This document shows positions 18,901 through 27,982 of a stretch of DNA of 64,000 nt, piece after piece. Each line of letters begins with the position of its first letter. The first letter of the stretch is position 1. The DNA comes from an uncultured Candidatus Rokubacteria bacterium (lineage in GTDB: Bacteria; Methylomirabilota; Methylomirabilia; Rokubacteriales; DASRDR01). Location of the stretch: positions 1,984,001 through 2,048,000 of the forward strand of contig CAWDVE010000010.1 of NCBI GenBank assembly GCA_963805625.1, written 5' to 3'. The translations under genes were made by a program, and so were the position numbers. Below the pieces are notes generated by a model. It had not been told where the DNA came from. It saw nothing but the letters and a program-made list of their open reading frames with translations, and did no database searches.

Positions 18901-19854
18901 ATGACCAAGTCGCCGGGCGTGTTTGTGGCAGCCGCGATCGCACTGGCCGCATCGAGCCTCGCATTCGCCGAAGCAAAGACCCTCTTCCCCGAGATTGCCG
19001 ACACTTCGCACGCCTCACCGCAGGCGCGCCAGTTCTTCCACTCGTTCTTCACCGCCAAGAGCCGCCACAACCCGACGGAGACGATGAAACATTTCTCGCC
19101 GAAGCAGATCACTTACATCGATGCGACGCTCGGCTGGCCGTTCTACGATTTCAAGTCGCTGAGCGGCGTGTTCGAGCAGTTCATGCCGAAATGGCCCGAG
19201 AGCGGGAAATCCTACCCGACGCGCATCCTCGGCGACACCAAGAGCGCGCTTGTCGCGTTCACCGACACACCGGAATTGTTCGGCGGCGAGATCCGCATCC
19301 TTGCCGCGATCGATTTCAGGGACGGCAAAGTCATCCGCTGGATCGACTATTGGGACGGTCGGCACTTCGGCGCCGCTACGGCTGCGAAGATCCGCACGCC
19401 CGAGGACAAGTTCCCGAAGGAGTTCAGCGAGAAGGCCGTGGGCGAACACGCCTCCGCTAAGATGCGCACCGTGGCCGAGAAGCTCGCCAAGGCGCTCGCC
19501 GGCGGCGATGCCGACGCGGCTTCTGCCCTCTTCACCTACGATGCGGTCTATGAGGATATGACGCTGCGCGCGCAAGTCCTCGGGCGCATGGCGATCAAGG
19601 ACTACCTCGCCCGCGCTGTGGCGAAGCTCCCCTATGGCCAGAGCGCCGAGCTCGTCCACGTCGTCGGCAGCGACCAGGGCGGCGGTTACGAGTGGCGGGC
19701 CACGCCCGCCTATGCCGCCAACGTCAAGCGCGGCGTCACCGCGCTCGAGCTCGACCGTGACGGCCAGATCTCGCGCTTCATCACGGTCTGGGACGGCTCC
19801 GTGGTGAGCGATGCCGACATCTTGGGGCTCGCAGCGCTGTCGATCGAGAAGTAG
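18901..19854 (+). CDS. Secreted tandem SnoaL/NTF2-like protein
   Basis: AGGAGG SD, signal peptide, two NTF2-like repeats (RWIDYWD, RFITVWD). Confidence 0.8.
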   Translation: MTKSPGVFVAAAIALAASSLAFAEAKTLFPEIADTSHASPQARQFFHSFFTAKSRHNPTETMKHFSPKQITYIDATLGWPFYDFKSLSGVFEQFMPKWPESGKSYPTRILGDTKSALVAFTDTPELFGGEIRILAAIDFRDGKVIRWIDYWDGRHFGAATAAKIRTPEDKFPKEFSEKAVGEHASAKMRTVAEKLAKALAGGDADAASALFTYDAVYEDMTLRAQVLGRMAIKDYLARAVAKLPYGQSAELVHVVGSDQGGGYEWRATPAYAANVKRGVTALELDRDGQISRFITVWDGSVVSDADILGLAALSIEK

Positions 19855-19898
19855 CGCGCATTCAAGGGGACTGCGGGGCACAGCGCCGACGTCCATGG

Positions 19899-20771
19899 CT
19901 ACGCCCATCGCGGGACGAACGTGTCGCCCTTGGCATCGACGTGGCAGACGAACGGCGCACCGAAGTGCGTCGGCATGAGCAAGGCTCCCGATCCGGCACA
20001 TTTCTCGAGGACGAGGCGCCGGCTCCCGCGGGCGTTGACCTGATCCTGGCACCCGAGGCTGTTCCACTCCGGGTGGAAGATCTGGATCGCCTGGTGGAGG
20101 ATGTCACCGCAGAACACCGCGCGTGCTCCGTGCGACGCGAGCGTGATGAACATCGTACCAGGTGTGTGACCGGGTGCCGGCTCGAGCGTCAGATGCTGGT
20201 CGACGGTGTGCAGGCCCGACACGAGATCGGCGAGTCCGGCCTCGGCGATCGGCGCCACGCTGTCCTTGTACGCGGCCGCGCCGGCCGGCGACTTCTGGGG
20301 ATCGATCGTCTTGAAGTGCTCAAAGTCCGCGCGGCTGAACAGGTAACGCGCGTTCGGAAACGTCGGCACCCATCGCCCGTTGGTCAGGCGCGTGTTCCAG
20401 CCGACGTGATCGCTGTGGAGATGCGTGCACATCACGAGGTTCACGTCCTCCGGCTTGGGGCCGGCCTGCGCGAGCCGATCGAGGTACGGCGTCTTCAACC
20501 GGTGCCACAGAGGAAAGAACGGACGGTCCTTGTCGTTGCCGACGCACGTATCGATGAGGATGTTGCGGCCGCCGACTTGCACGAACCAGCTGTGCACGCT
20601 GAGCTTGAGCTTGCCGCTGGCCGGATCGTAGTGGTTCGGCAGCATCCAGTCGCGATGACGCTCCACGACGTCCGGCTGCCAGTCGGGAAAGAACCACTTC
20701 GCGTCGAAGTTCGGCTCGTACGTCTCTTCGATCCGGGTGATCTTCGCGGCGCCAATCGTGAACGTGCTCAC
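19899..20771 (-). CDS. MBL-fold metallo-hydrolase
   Basis: LIDTCVG, THLHSDHVGWN, PTFPNARY, GHTPG, GDILH; GAGGAG SD with GTG. Confidence 0.9.
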   Translation of the reverse strand: MSTFTIGAAKITRIEETYEPNFDAKWFFPDWQPDVVERHRDWMLPNHYDPASGKLKLSVHSWFVQVGGRNILIDTCVGNDKDRPFFPLWHRLKTPYLDRLAQAGPKPEDVNLVMCTHLHSDHVGWNTRLTNGRWVPTFPNARYLFSRADFEHFKTIDPQKSPAGAAAYKDSVAPIAEAGLADLVSGLHTVDQHLTLEPAPGHTPGTMFITLASHGARAVFCGDILHQAIQIFHPEWNSLGCQDQVNARGSRRLVLEKCAGSGALLMPTHFGAPFVCHVDAKGDTFVPRWA

Positions 20772-20784
20772 GGCATCCTCCTCA

Positions 20785-21074
20785 GCGAGAATTTTGCGTC
20801 GATCCGAGCGGCCACGGCGTTCACCTACGTCGGCGGCCCTCTCGCCACGTCCACCGGCACACTGTCCACGGGGAACGTTCAGGGCTACGTCGACATCGAG
20901 CGCACGGCAACGAAGCTTCCGTCTTTGCGCTACTACCGCCACTTCTACGTGAAAATGGTCGACGGCCGCGTATTCCATGCCGGGCCGATTAAGGATCTCG
21001 AGTACGAGCGTCACCGCGAGCAGAGGCCGGGATGGTTCGTTTCCTACTTTACGAGATCGACGTCCACGAGTTGA
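20785..21074 (+). pseudogene. 3' fragment of an unknown gene (cassette-like)
   Basis: Protein-like open frame without a start; stop followed by GTCCAAC. Confidence 0.35.
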
Positions 21075-21090
21075 TGTCCAACCTCACGCT

Positions 21091-22305
21091 AAGGACCCGG
21101 TGCGAAATAAATGGACCAGATGCTATCGCTTTGCCGACTGGGTGGGAAGGATCGTGTAGTTCCAGTCCCCGTGAAACGGATCGGGCCGCAGGCGGACGGC
21201 CTCCAGGGTGGCGCGACTGACCTTGAGGCCCGAGGGATACCGGGTCGTGTCCAGCCGCGCCCGCACGCGGAGGCCCGTGGTGGTCGTGGTGGCCGCGATC
21301 AGATTCACAATGACCGCGTGACTGAGCAGGGGCTGGCCGCGCCAGTTCTGAGTGATGAAGGAGAACAGGCGGTGTTCGATCTTGTTCCACTTGCTCGTGC
21401 CGGGCGGGAAATGACACACCGTGATGGGCAGGTGGAGGCGGTCCGCCAGTTTCTGCAGCTCGACCTTCCACAACCGCCGGCGGGCGCCGTTGCTCCCGCC
21501 GGCGTCGGCCGTGATCAGCAGCCGCCGGGCGTGAGGATAGGCCCGGCGCCCCATGGCCTGCCACCAGTGGCGAATGCTCGCGACGGCAAACGCCGCCGTG
21601 TCGTGGTCGATGCCGACACTGACCCAGCCGGTGTTGGCGCCCAGATCGTAGACCCCGTAGGGAATGGCGCGCCCCAGCTCCGGCTGCACGAAGTCGTGGA
21701 CCCGCACCGGCCAGCCCGTGGGCCCGCCATTCGCGACCGGCATTCTTGAACGGCCCCACGAGCTCCTTCTTCTTGGTATCGACAGAGATCGCCGGCTGGC
21801 CCTGGCGCAGCGTGGCCTGGACGCGGGCGGCGATGTGCTCGAACTGGGCATTGCGATCGGGGTGCCGGGTGCCCTCGATCGTCTTCCGATTGGCCTGCAG
21901 GCTGTACCCCAACTGCTGGAGCAACGCGGCGACCATCCGATGGCTCGTGCGATGCCCTTGGCGGGTCAGCTCGGCGGCCAGGCGCCGGACGCTCTTGCAG
22001 GTCCACCGCAGCGGGGACTGCGGATCCCCGCGCGTCGTGGGTTCGATCAGCGTTTCCAAGTCCGTCACCAACGTCGGATCCTGGTCGACCGTGCGCTTGC
22101 GCCCGCCTCCGGGACGCCGGATCCGCCCCGGGGCCAGGGCCGCTGCGCCACGGGCCTTCAGCTCCGTGACCCCAGCGCGAATGGCGCGCCGGGACACTCC
22201 GGTGGCCCGGGCCACCGCCGACACGCTGTCCGCGGCCGCGACTTCCGCCGCGGCCACCAGCCGGCGCAGCCGCTCGTCCAGGTGCGGCTCGATCAGCCGG
22301 AGCAT
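21091..22305 (-). mobile_element. ISAzo13-family transposase, frameshifted near 21715 and N-terminally damaged
   Basis: LDERLRRL, RGDPQSPLRWTCKS, ISVDTKKKELVG in one frame; VHDF, DAGGSNG, PPGTSKWNKIEHRLF, FHGDWNY in another. Confidence 0.88.
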
Positions 22306-22402
22306 TCACTCGACGCCGGTCAGCCCGTGGGGTCTCCACTGATCGCTTGCGTCGGCAAGGTGCGGCCGCACGAGTGAGCGACCTGGCTAATCGGCCGAAC
22401 CA

Positions 22403-22790
22403 TGAAGAGGAAGCAGAAGCGACGCCCCTCGGCGAGGAGCCGCGCGCTCAGCGCCGCCACGCACGCGGTCGCGTAGCCGCGGCCCCGGTGCTCCGGCGGC
22501 GTGTAGACCCCGTTGACCCGGATCCCGTTCGGCGTGGGCCCTGTGGCCGACGCCATCGACACGGGGCCGCCGTGATCCCACACGAAGAGCCAGCCGGCCC
22601 CGAAGTTGTGGCGGGCGACCTTCATGCCCGTCTGGCCCGCCAGGCCTCCGCCAGCCTCCGTCCATAACGCCTCGAACCACGTGGCCAACTGTTCGAGTTC
22701 GGCCTCCTGGGCCTGGCGGAACTGGCCTGGGGTGCTCGGCACGGCTATCACGCGGGTCAGTTCATGGATTCGGAGCGTCTTGGTCAGCCG
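22403..22790 (-). pseudogene. GNAT acetyltransferase fragment
   Basis: GPTPNGIRVNGVYTPPEHRGRGYATACV...FCFLF; both ends missing. Confidence 0.7.
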
Positions 22791-22863
22791 ACTGTATCCG
22801 GCACGGGGCCCGTAGGCGGCATCGTCGGCATATGAGCGGATCCGAAGCCCTCTCGGCCGAGGG

Positions 22864-22896
22864 GAATCTACCACGAATCCACAACTGAATCCGCAA
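22864..22896 (+). repeat. Three short direct repeats, GAATCY-x-CMA
   Basis: GAATCTACCA, GAATCCACAA, GAATCCGCAA at 11-12 nt spacing. Confidence 0.55.
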
Positions 22897-23046
22897 CACC
22901 GACGTCCGACGCGTTGGACCACACGTTTCCACAGCGAGCCGGCCGGAGCTGTTCTTCCCATCAATTCGCCCGGTTCTACGGGGGCTCGGGCACGGCCTTT
23001 CGCCTGGCCTAGCCCTTGCCTCCTCACGCCACGCTAGGACGAGTGG

Positions 23047-24420
23047 ATGAGTTTCGAGGACGACCAGCGCTCAACGCTCTCGGTGGCCGTGGGGAGCCCC
23101 CGCGCCCGGCTGGATCCGCGCTGGCCGCGGCTCGCTCCGGAGGCGTTCCATGGCCTCGCCGGGCGTCTCGTCGAGACAATCGATCCTTACACCGAAGCCG
23201 ACCCCGTCGCGACGCTCGCCCATATCCTGGCCGCTGTCGGGAACCTCATCGGCCCCGGCCCGCACGCGCGGGTCCAGCACGACCGGCATCCGTGCCGGCT
23301 CAACGTCGCGTTCGTGGGTCGCACCGGCAAGGGCCGGAAAGGCACCGCGTGGAGCACGCCGCGCCACCTGCTCGCGCAGGTCGACCCGGTATGGGCTGCG
23401 CGCCGGGTGACGACGGGCCTCTCGAGCGGCGAGGGCCTCGTTTACCACGTCCGCGACGCTCGGCAGGAGTCGTTGCCGGTCCGAGAGCGCGGCCGGGTGG
23501 TCGGGCACGAAGCGGTCGAGGTGGACGCCGGCGAGCCGGACAAGCGCCTCCTGGTGATCGAGCCCGAGCTCGCCGTCGTGCTGCGGGTCATCGCCCGCGA
23601 GGCGAACATCCTCTCGGGCCTGATTCGCCAGGCGTGGGACGCCGGCGACCTCGGGACCCTCACGAAACACAGCCCCCTCCGGGCCACCGGCGCCCACGTG
23701 AGCCTCATCGGCCACATCACCGAGGAGGAGGTGCGGCGCTACCTCACCGAAACCGAGCGGGCCAACGGCTTCGCCAACCGGTTCCTCTGGCTCCTCGTCC
23801 GGCGATCCAAGGCCCTCCCCGACGGCGCGCCGGTCCCTGATGCGGTCCTGGCCCCGATTCTCGACGCGCTCCGCCAGGTCGTGGCGTTCTCGGAGACCGT
23901 GGGCGAGCTCGGCCGCGACGGGGAAGCGCGCGCGCTGTGGCGCGAGGTCTACCCGACGCTCAGCGAGGGCGAGCCCGGGATGGTCGGGGCCATCCTCAAC
24001 CGGGCCGAGGCCCAGGTCCTCCGGCTCTCGACGCTCTACGCCGTTCTGGATCGCTCCGCCGAGATCGGCGTCGCCCACCTCCGCGCCGCGCTCGCGGTCT
24101 GGGACTACGCCGAGAGCAGCGCGCGCCGGATCTTCGGCCGGCGCCTCGGCGTGCCCCTCGCGGACGTCCTCCTCGAGGCGCTCCGAGCGCGGGGGCCGCT
24201 CACCGCGACCGCCATCTCCGGGCTCTTCGGCCGCCACCGGTCCGCGGAAGAGCTCCACCAGGCGCTTGACCTTCTCTGCGACCTCAGACTGGTGGTGCGA
24301 CGAACCGATCAGACCGGGGGTCGACCGGTCACCCTGTGGGTGGCTGTGCTGAATGCGAAACAAGCGAAACAAGCGGATAAAGGTGCACGCCACGCCGCTT
24401 GTTTCGCTTCCTTCGCTTGA
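23047..24420 (+). CDS. DUF3987-like mobile-element replication/P-loop protein
   Basis: AFHGLAG, TEADPVA, VGRTGKGRKG, GLSSGEGL, RQAWD, NGFANRFLW, C-terminal GGRP wHTH. Confidence 0.8.
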   Translation: MSFEDDQRSTLSVAVGSPRARLDPRWPRLAPEAFHGLAGRLVETIDPYTEADPVATLAHILAAVGNLIGPGPHARVQHDRHPCRLNVAFVGRTGKGRKGTAWSTPRHLLAQVDPVWAARRVTTGLSSGEGLVYHVRDARQESLPVRERGRVVGHEAVEVDAGEPDKRLLVIEPELAVVLRVIAREANILSGLIRQAWDAGDLGTLTKHSPLRATGAHVSLIGHITEEEVRRYLTETERANGFANRFLWLLVRRSKALPDGAPVPDAVLAPILDALRQVVAFSETVGELGRDGEARALWREVYPTLSEGEPGMVGAILNRAEAQVLRLSTLYAVLDRSAEIGVAHLRAALAVWDYAESSARRIFGRRLGVPLADVLLEALRARGPLTATAISGLFGRHRSAEELHQALDLLCDLRLVVRRTDQTGGRPVTLWVAVLNAKQAKQADKGARHAACFASFA

Positions 24421-24425
24421 TTCGC
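24355..24425. repeat. Inverted arrays of 9-bp iteron-like repeats (putative ori)
   Basis: GCGAAACAA x2 and GCGGATAAA, then TTGTTTCGC, TTCCTTCGC, TTGATTCGC. Confidence 0.7.
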
Positions 24426-24568
24426 TGGGCTCAGCGGACGCGCTGATATGAAATCGGACGACGACCTGTCGGCGTCGCCGTCTCTCTCGCTTCCATCGCG
24501 CCCGCGTGCCCCGCTCCCCTGGCGCGCGGCCCAGCCTGGCATGGTCGGCGAGCGCGGCGGCACCGCCC

Positions 24569-24597
24569 TTGACGGGTGGGTGGTGCCTCCCCATACT
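24569..24597 (+). promoter_or_regulatory. Putative sigma70 promoter of the integrase
   Basis: TTGACG-17 nt-CATACT. Confidence 0.55.
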
Positions 24598-24645
24598 GCC
24601 GCCGGGCAAAGAGGTGATCGTGGCTCGGGTAGGAGGACCGAGACC

Positions 24646-25464
24646 ATGACACAACCGCTCGTCGAACTCGTCGAGCAGTTCTGCATCTATCAACGCAAGC
24701 AGCGCGGCCGATCGGACGGAGGGGTGAGGACCTACCGGTGGATCCTGGAGCAGTTCCTCCGGTTCGTGCGGACGCGCCAGGGCCGCGTGGCCCGAGCCTC
24801 GGACCTGACCGGCGCCATGATCCAGGGCTGGATGGACCATATGGCGGCGGCAGACCTGGGGCTCAACACCCTGCGCTGTCGGCTCGCGACCCTGTCGAGT
24901 CTCTGCACCTGGCTCGTCAAGCGCGGCAACCTCAGCGCGAACCCCGTCGCTCGGATCGATCGCCCACCCCGCCAGCACGAGACTCCGGCGGTCGCGGGGC
25001 CCGCCATCATGGACGCGCTGATCGACGCGGCCAGGCACCGGGGCCGGCCGCGGGATCTCGCGATCTTCCTGTTGCTCCGGTTCACGGGGATGCGCCGCGG
25101 CTCGGTGGCGGGCCTCCGCGTGAGACACCTCGACGACACCTGGGGTCTTCGCGACGTCCGGCAGAAGGGCGGAAAGAAGCAAGACATCCCGTTGCCGGCC
25201 GCGGTGGTGCGGTTCCTGCGTGTCTACGTGGACCGCGCGCTCTCGCCCGAGTGCGAAGCGCTCACGCCAGACACGCCACTCTTCTGGTCCACCTGGGGCA
25301 AGCGCACCGTCGGAAGGACGCGCGCGCCCATGACGCCGAAGAACATCTGGCGCCTCTGCAAGACGTACGGAAAGCTGATCGGCTACCCGGAGCTCAAGCC
25401 TCACGACCTGCGCCACGGCGTCGCGGTCGAGGTGCTCGAGCAGCGACACGACCCAATCCTGTGA
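24646..25464 (+). pseudogene. Tyrosine recombinase/integrase, C-terminally truncated
   Basis: AGGAGG SD; SAM-like N-terminus, TGMRRG, KGGK, HDLRH; stops before LGH and the catalytic Tyr. Confidence 0.82.
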
Positions 25465-25503
25465 GGACCCGTCACGGTACGGCGTGTGTTCTGTGCACAG
25501 GCC

Positions 25504-25645
25504 ATGCCCCGCGTCTGCGCAACCACGGCGACCGATCAGTCCCGCCAGCCCGTGGACCCCGTGCTCTCCCGGGCCGTGAAGGCCCACCTGAAGACCTTTC
25601 TCGTTCACACGGCCTGGGATGCCGAGCACGGCGACGCCGGGATGA
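25504..25645 (+). pseudogene. Possible IS91-family transposase N-terminal remnant
   Basis: SRQPVDPVLSRAVKAHLKTFL resembles the R-x-P...LYRxVxxHLETFL start of IS91-type transposases. Confidence 0.35.
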
Positions 25646-25974
25646 GTTGCACAGTTTTGTGCGCACCACTGCCCTCTTTTCTTGACATGGCCATGACGCA
25701 GTGCGCCCTCGCGTGGAACGGCGGCGCAACCGCCGTTGCGCCGCGGACTTCCGTGACGCCTGGCACCCGGACGCAGCGTCCGGACGGTGCCCCGGACCGA
25801 ATGCATTGCACAGGAAACTGTGCAGTCGTCCTCGGCGCGATTCCCTCGATGCGCGCCAACTCTCGATGAACACGACCAGGACCCTCGTGGTCTCGTTCTT
25901 GCGTCGGCCTGGCCCGACGTGAGTGCGAAGCGTCTCCGGTTCGATTCACCATCCGTCGACGAAAGGATTCGCCG

Positions 25975-27267
25975 ATGACACGCCGTCGCCGGCCCTCGTT
26001 GATCACCTGTGTGCTCCTGGTGGTGGCCCTCGCGGAGGTCCAGCGCACCGCCGCACCGGCGGCGGCCCAGCCGGGTCCGCCGACCGTGGTCTATCGCTCC
26101 GAAAGCTTCGAGCGGACCACGGGCCAGCCGAACGCGTTCCAGGCCACGTTCCCTGCGTGCGACCCGACCAGCGTCCATCGGCTTCTGGTCGAGAACGGGC
26201 CGCAGGGCGCTCGCCGGGTCTCGAGCGGGACGGTCATCCTCAACGGTACCGTGGTGATCGATGCGAGCGACCTCAACCCGCAAAACGGCGAAATCGTCCG
26301 GTCGATCTCGCTGCTTCCCGAGAACACGCTGGCGCTGCGCCTTGGCGGGGGGCCGGCCGGCCAGGTGCGCATCACCGTGGACGGCTATCCGCGGTGCGGG
26401 CTCCAAGTGCGGATCACGGCGCCGCCATCCGGCGCGACGCTCCAGCACCCGGCAACGCTCGTCCAGGGGGAGCTGGAATCGGCAGCGCCGGCCACGCTCC
26501 GACTCCTCGTGACCGTTCCCTTCAACGGGACGACCCTCGAATCGGCCGTGCCCGTGGAGGTCCACCGCGGGCGGTTCGCGGCCTGGGTGCCGCTCACCGG
26601 CGGCATCGTCCAGGTGAAGGCCGTCGCGACGGATGACGTGGGGCGCACTGCCGAGGACCTGATCCAGCTCGCGGTCGACGCGTCACCGCACGTCCGGGTG
26701 AGCCGCCCGGAGATCACGCCGACCGTGGGGTTCGCCCCGCTCACGGTCACGATCGAGGGCCGGCCCGCCTCCGACCCCGACATCGACCTCTTCGACGTCG
26801 ACCTCGACGGGGATGGCCAGCCGGACCTGCGGAAGGCCGACTTCGCGGCCGCGCCTCATCAGAGAACGCATACGTTCCCGACCGAGGGGCTCTACATTGT
26901 CACCGTGACGATGCGCCACGGCACGACCGGGGAGACGCTAAGCAGTCAGGTCCCCATCAGCGTGATCCCGCGCCCCGACGTGGCCGCGATCTGGGACTCC
27001 TTCCGGGCGGCCCTGGGCCGTGGCGACATCGACGGCGCCCTGCGCTTCGTCGCCGACGGGGCGCGCGAGCGCTACCGCCGCGCGCTGCTGGACCTCGCCC
27101 CCGACCTCCCGGCCGTCGCGGCGTCCTTCCGGGACGTGACCGTGCAGGTCGTGGAGGCCGAGTACGCGATGGCGTCGACGCTTCGGACGGTGGACGGCAT
27201 GACCGATGGATTCATCATCTCGTTCCTCCGCGACCGCGACGGAGTCTGGCGGATCGCCAGCATGTAG
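25975..27267 (+). CDS. Secreted Ig/PKD-like multidomain protein with C-terminal NTF2-like segment
   Basis: Signal peptide, ITAPPSGATL, GFAPLTVT, DLDGDG, GLYIVTVT, FLRDRDGVWRI. Confidence 0.78.
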   Translation: MTRRRRPSLITCVLLVVALAEVQRTAAPAAAQPGPPTVVYRSESFERTTGQPNAFQATFPACDPTSVHRLLVENGPQGARRVSSGTVILNGTVVIDASDLNPQNGEIVRSISLLPENTLALRLGGGPAGQVRITVDGYPRCGLQVRITAPPSGATLQHPATLVQGELESAAPATLRLLVTVPFNGTTLESAVPVEVHRGRFAAWVPLTGGIVQVKAVATDDVGRTAEDLIQLAVDASPHVRVSRPEITPTVGFAPLTVTIEGRPASDPDIDLFDVDLDGDGQPDLRKADFAAAPHQRTHTFPTEGLYIVTVTMRHGTTGETLSSQVPISVIPRPDVAAIWDSFRAALGRGDIDGALRFVADGARERYRRALLDLAPDLPAVAASFRDVTVQVVEAEYAMASTLRTVDGMTDGFIISFLRDRDGVWRIASM

Positions 27268-27278
27268 GGAGGGGCCCG

Positions 27279-27968
27279 ATGCGAGGCGTCATCCCCCACC
27301 GGCCGCGACCACTCATGCTGGGTCTGATCGCGGCGCTCGCGATGGCTCCCGCCGTCGCCCTCGCCACGGCCCCCGACACCTACTCGGCGGCCCCCATCCA
27401 CGGCAGGGTGGTCGACGCCGAGACGAAAGAGCCTCTGGAGGGCGTGCACGTGGTGGCGCAGTGGATCCTCCAGACCGGCCTCCTCCACGGCCAACACACG
27501 ACCCGGCTCCACATCATGGAGACCGTGACCGACCCGAGAGGCGCGTACCATTTCCCCGGTTGGGGGCCGAAGCCACGGCCGTTCCTGTCGTCGCTGGACG
27601 TATTCGATCCGATGCTGACCTTCTTCAAGCCCGGCCACGTGCCGCTCGACCGGACGAACTTCCATCCACCACAGACAGGCACGCTTCGAACTTCCGTCTG
27701 GGACGGGAAGACGATCGAGCTGCAGCCGTTCCGAGGCACCCCACGGGAGTGGCTGCGCTACCTCCGCCACATGCAGGGCCGTCTCGCCTGGGGCCAAGTC
27801 GTTGGGGAGGTGCCGCAGCAGGTCAATGACTACTGGAAGCACTTTCCCCGAGCGATCCTGGCTGTCTTGAAGGAACGCGAGCGGATAGCCCCCGATCTTC
27901 GCCCCTACGTATCCGATCTGACTTCATGGCATGTGACCGAAGAACAGCTACGAGCCCTGATCGAGTAG
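27279..27968 (+). CDS. Secreted carboxypeptidase-regulatory-like domain protein
   Basis: Signal peptide, GRVVDAETKEPLEGVHVVAQW, ETVTDPRGAYHFP, FFKPGH. Confidence 0.78.
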   Translation: MRGVIPHRPRPLMLGLIAALAMAPAVALATAPDTYSAAPIHGRVVDAETKEPLEGVHVVAQWILQTGLLHGQHTTRLHIMETVTDPRGAYHFPGWGPKPRPFLSSLDVFDPMLTFFKPGHVPLDRTNFHPPQTGTLRTSVWDGKTIELQPFRGTPREWLRYLRHMQGRLAWGQVVGEVPQQVNDYWKHFPRAILAVLKERERIAPDLRPYVSDLTSWHVTEEQLRALIE

Positions 27969-27982
27969 AAAGGGTCCGATCG

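Noticed and set aside
21700-21730. Programmed frameshift in ISAzo13
   Set aside because: No slippery run at the site and the N-terminus is also damaged, so decay is more likely
23071-26565. 1164-aa minus-strand ORF
   Set aside because: Antisense shadow of the DUF3987, integrase and secreted genes; no motifs; typical of high-GC DNA
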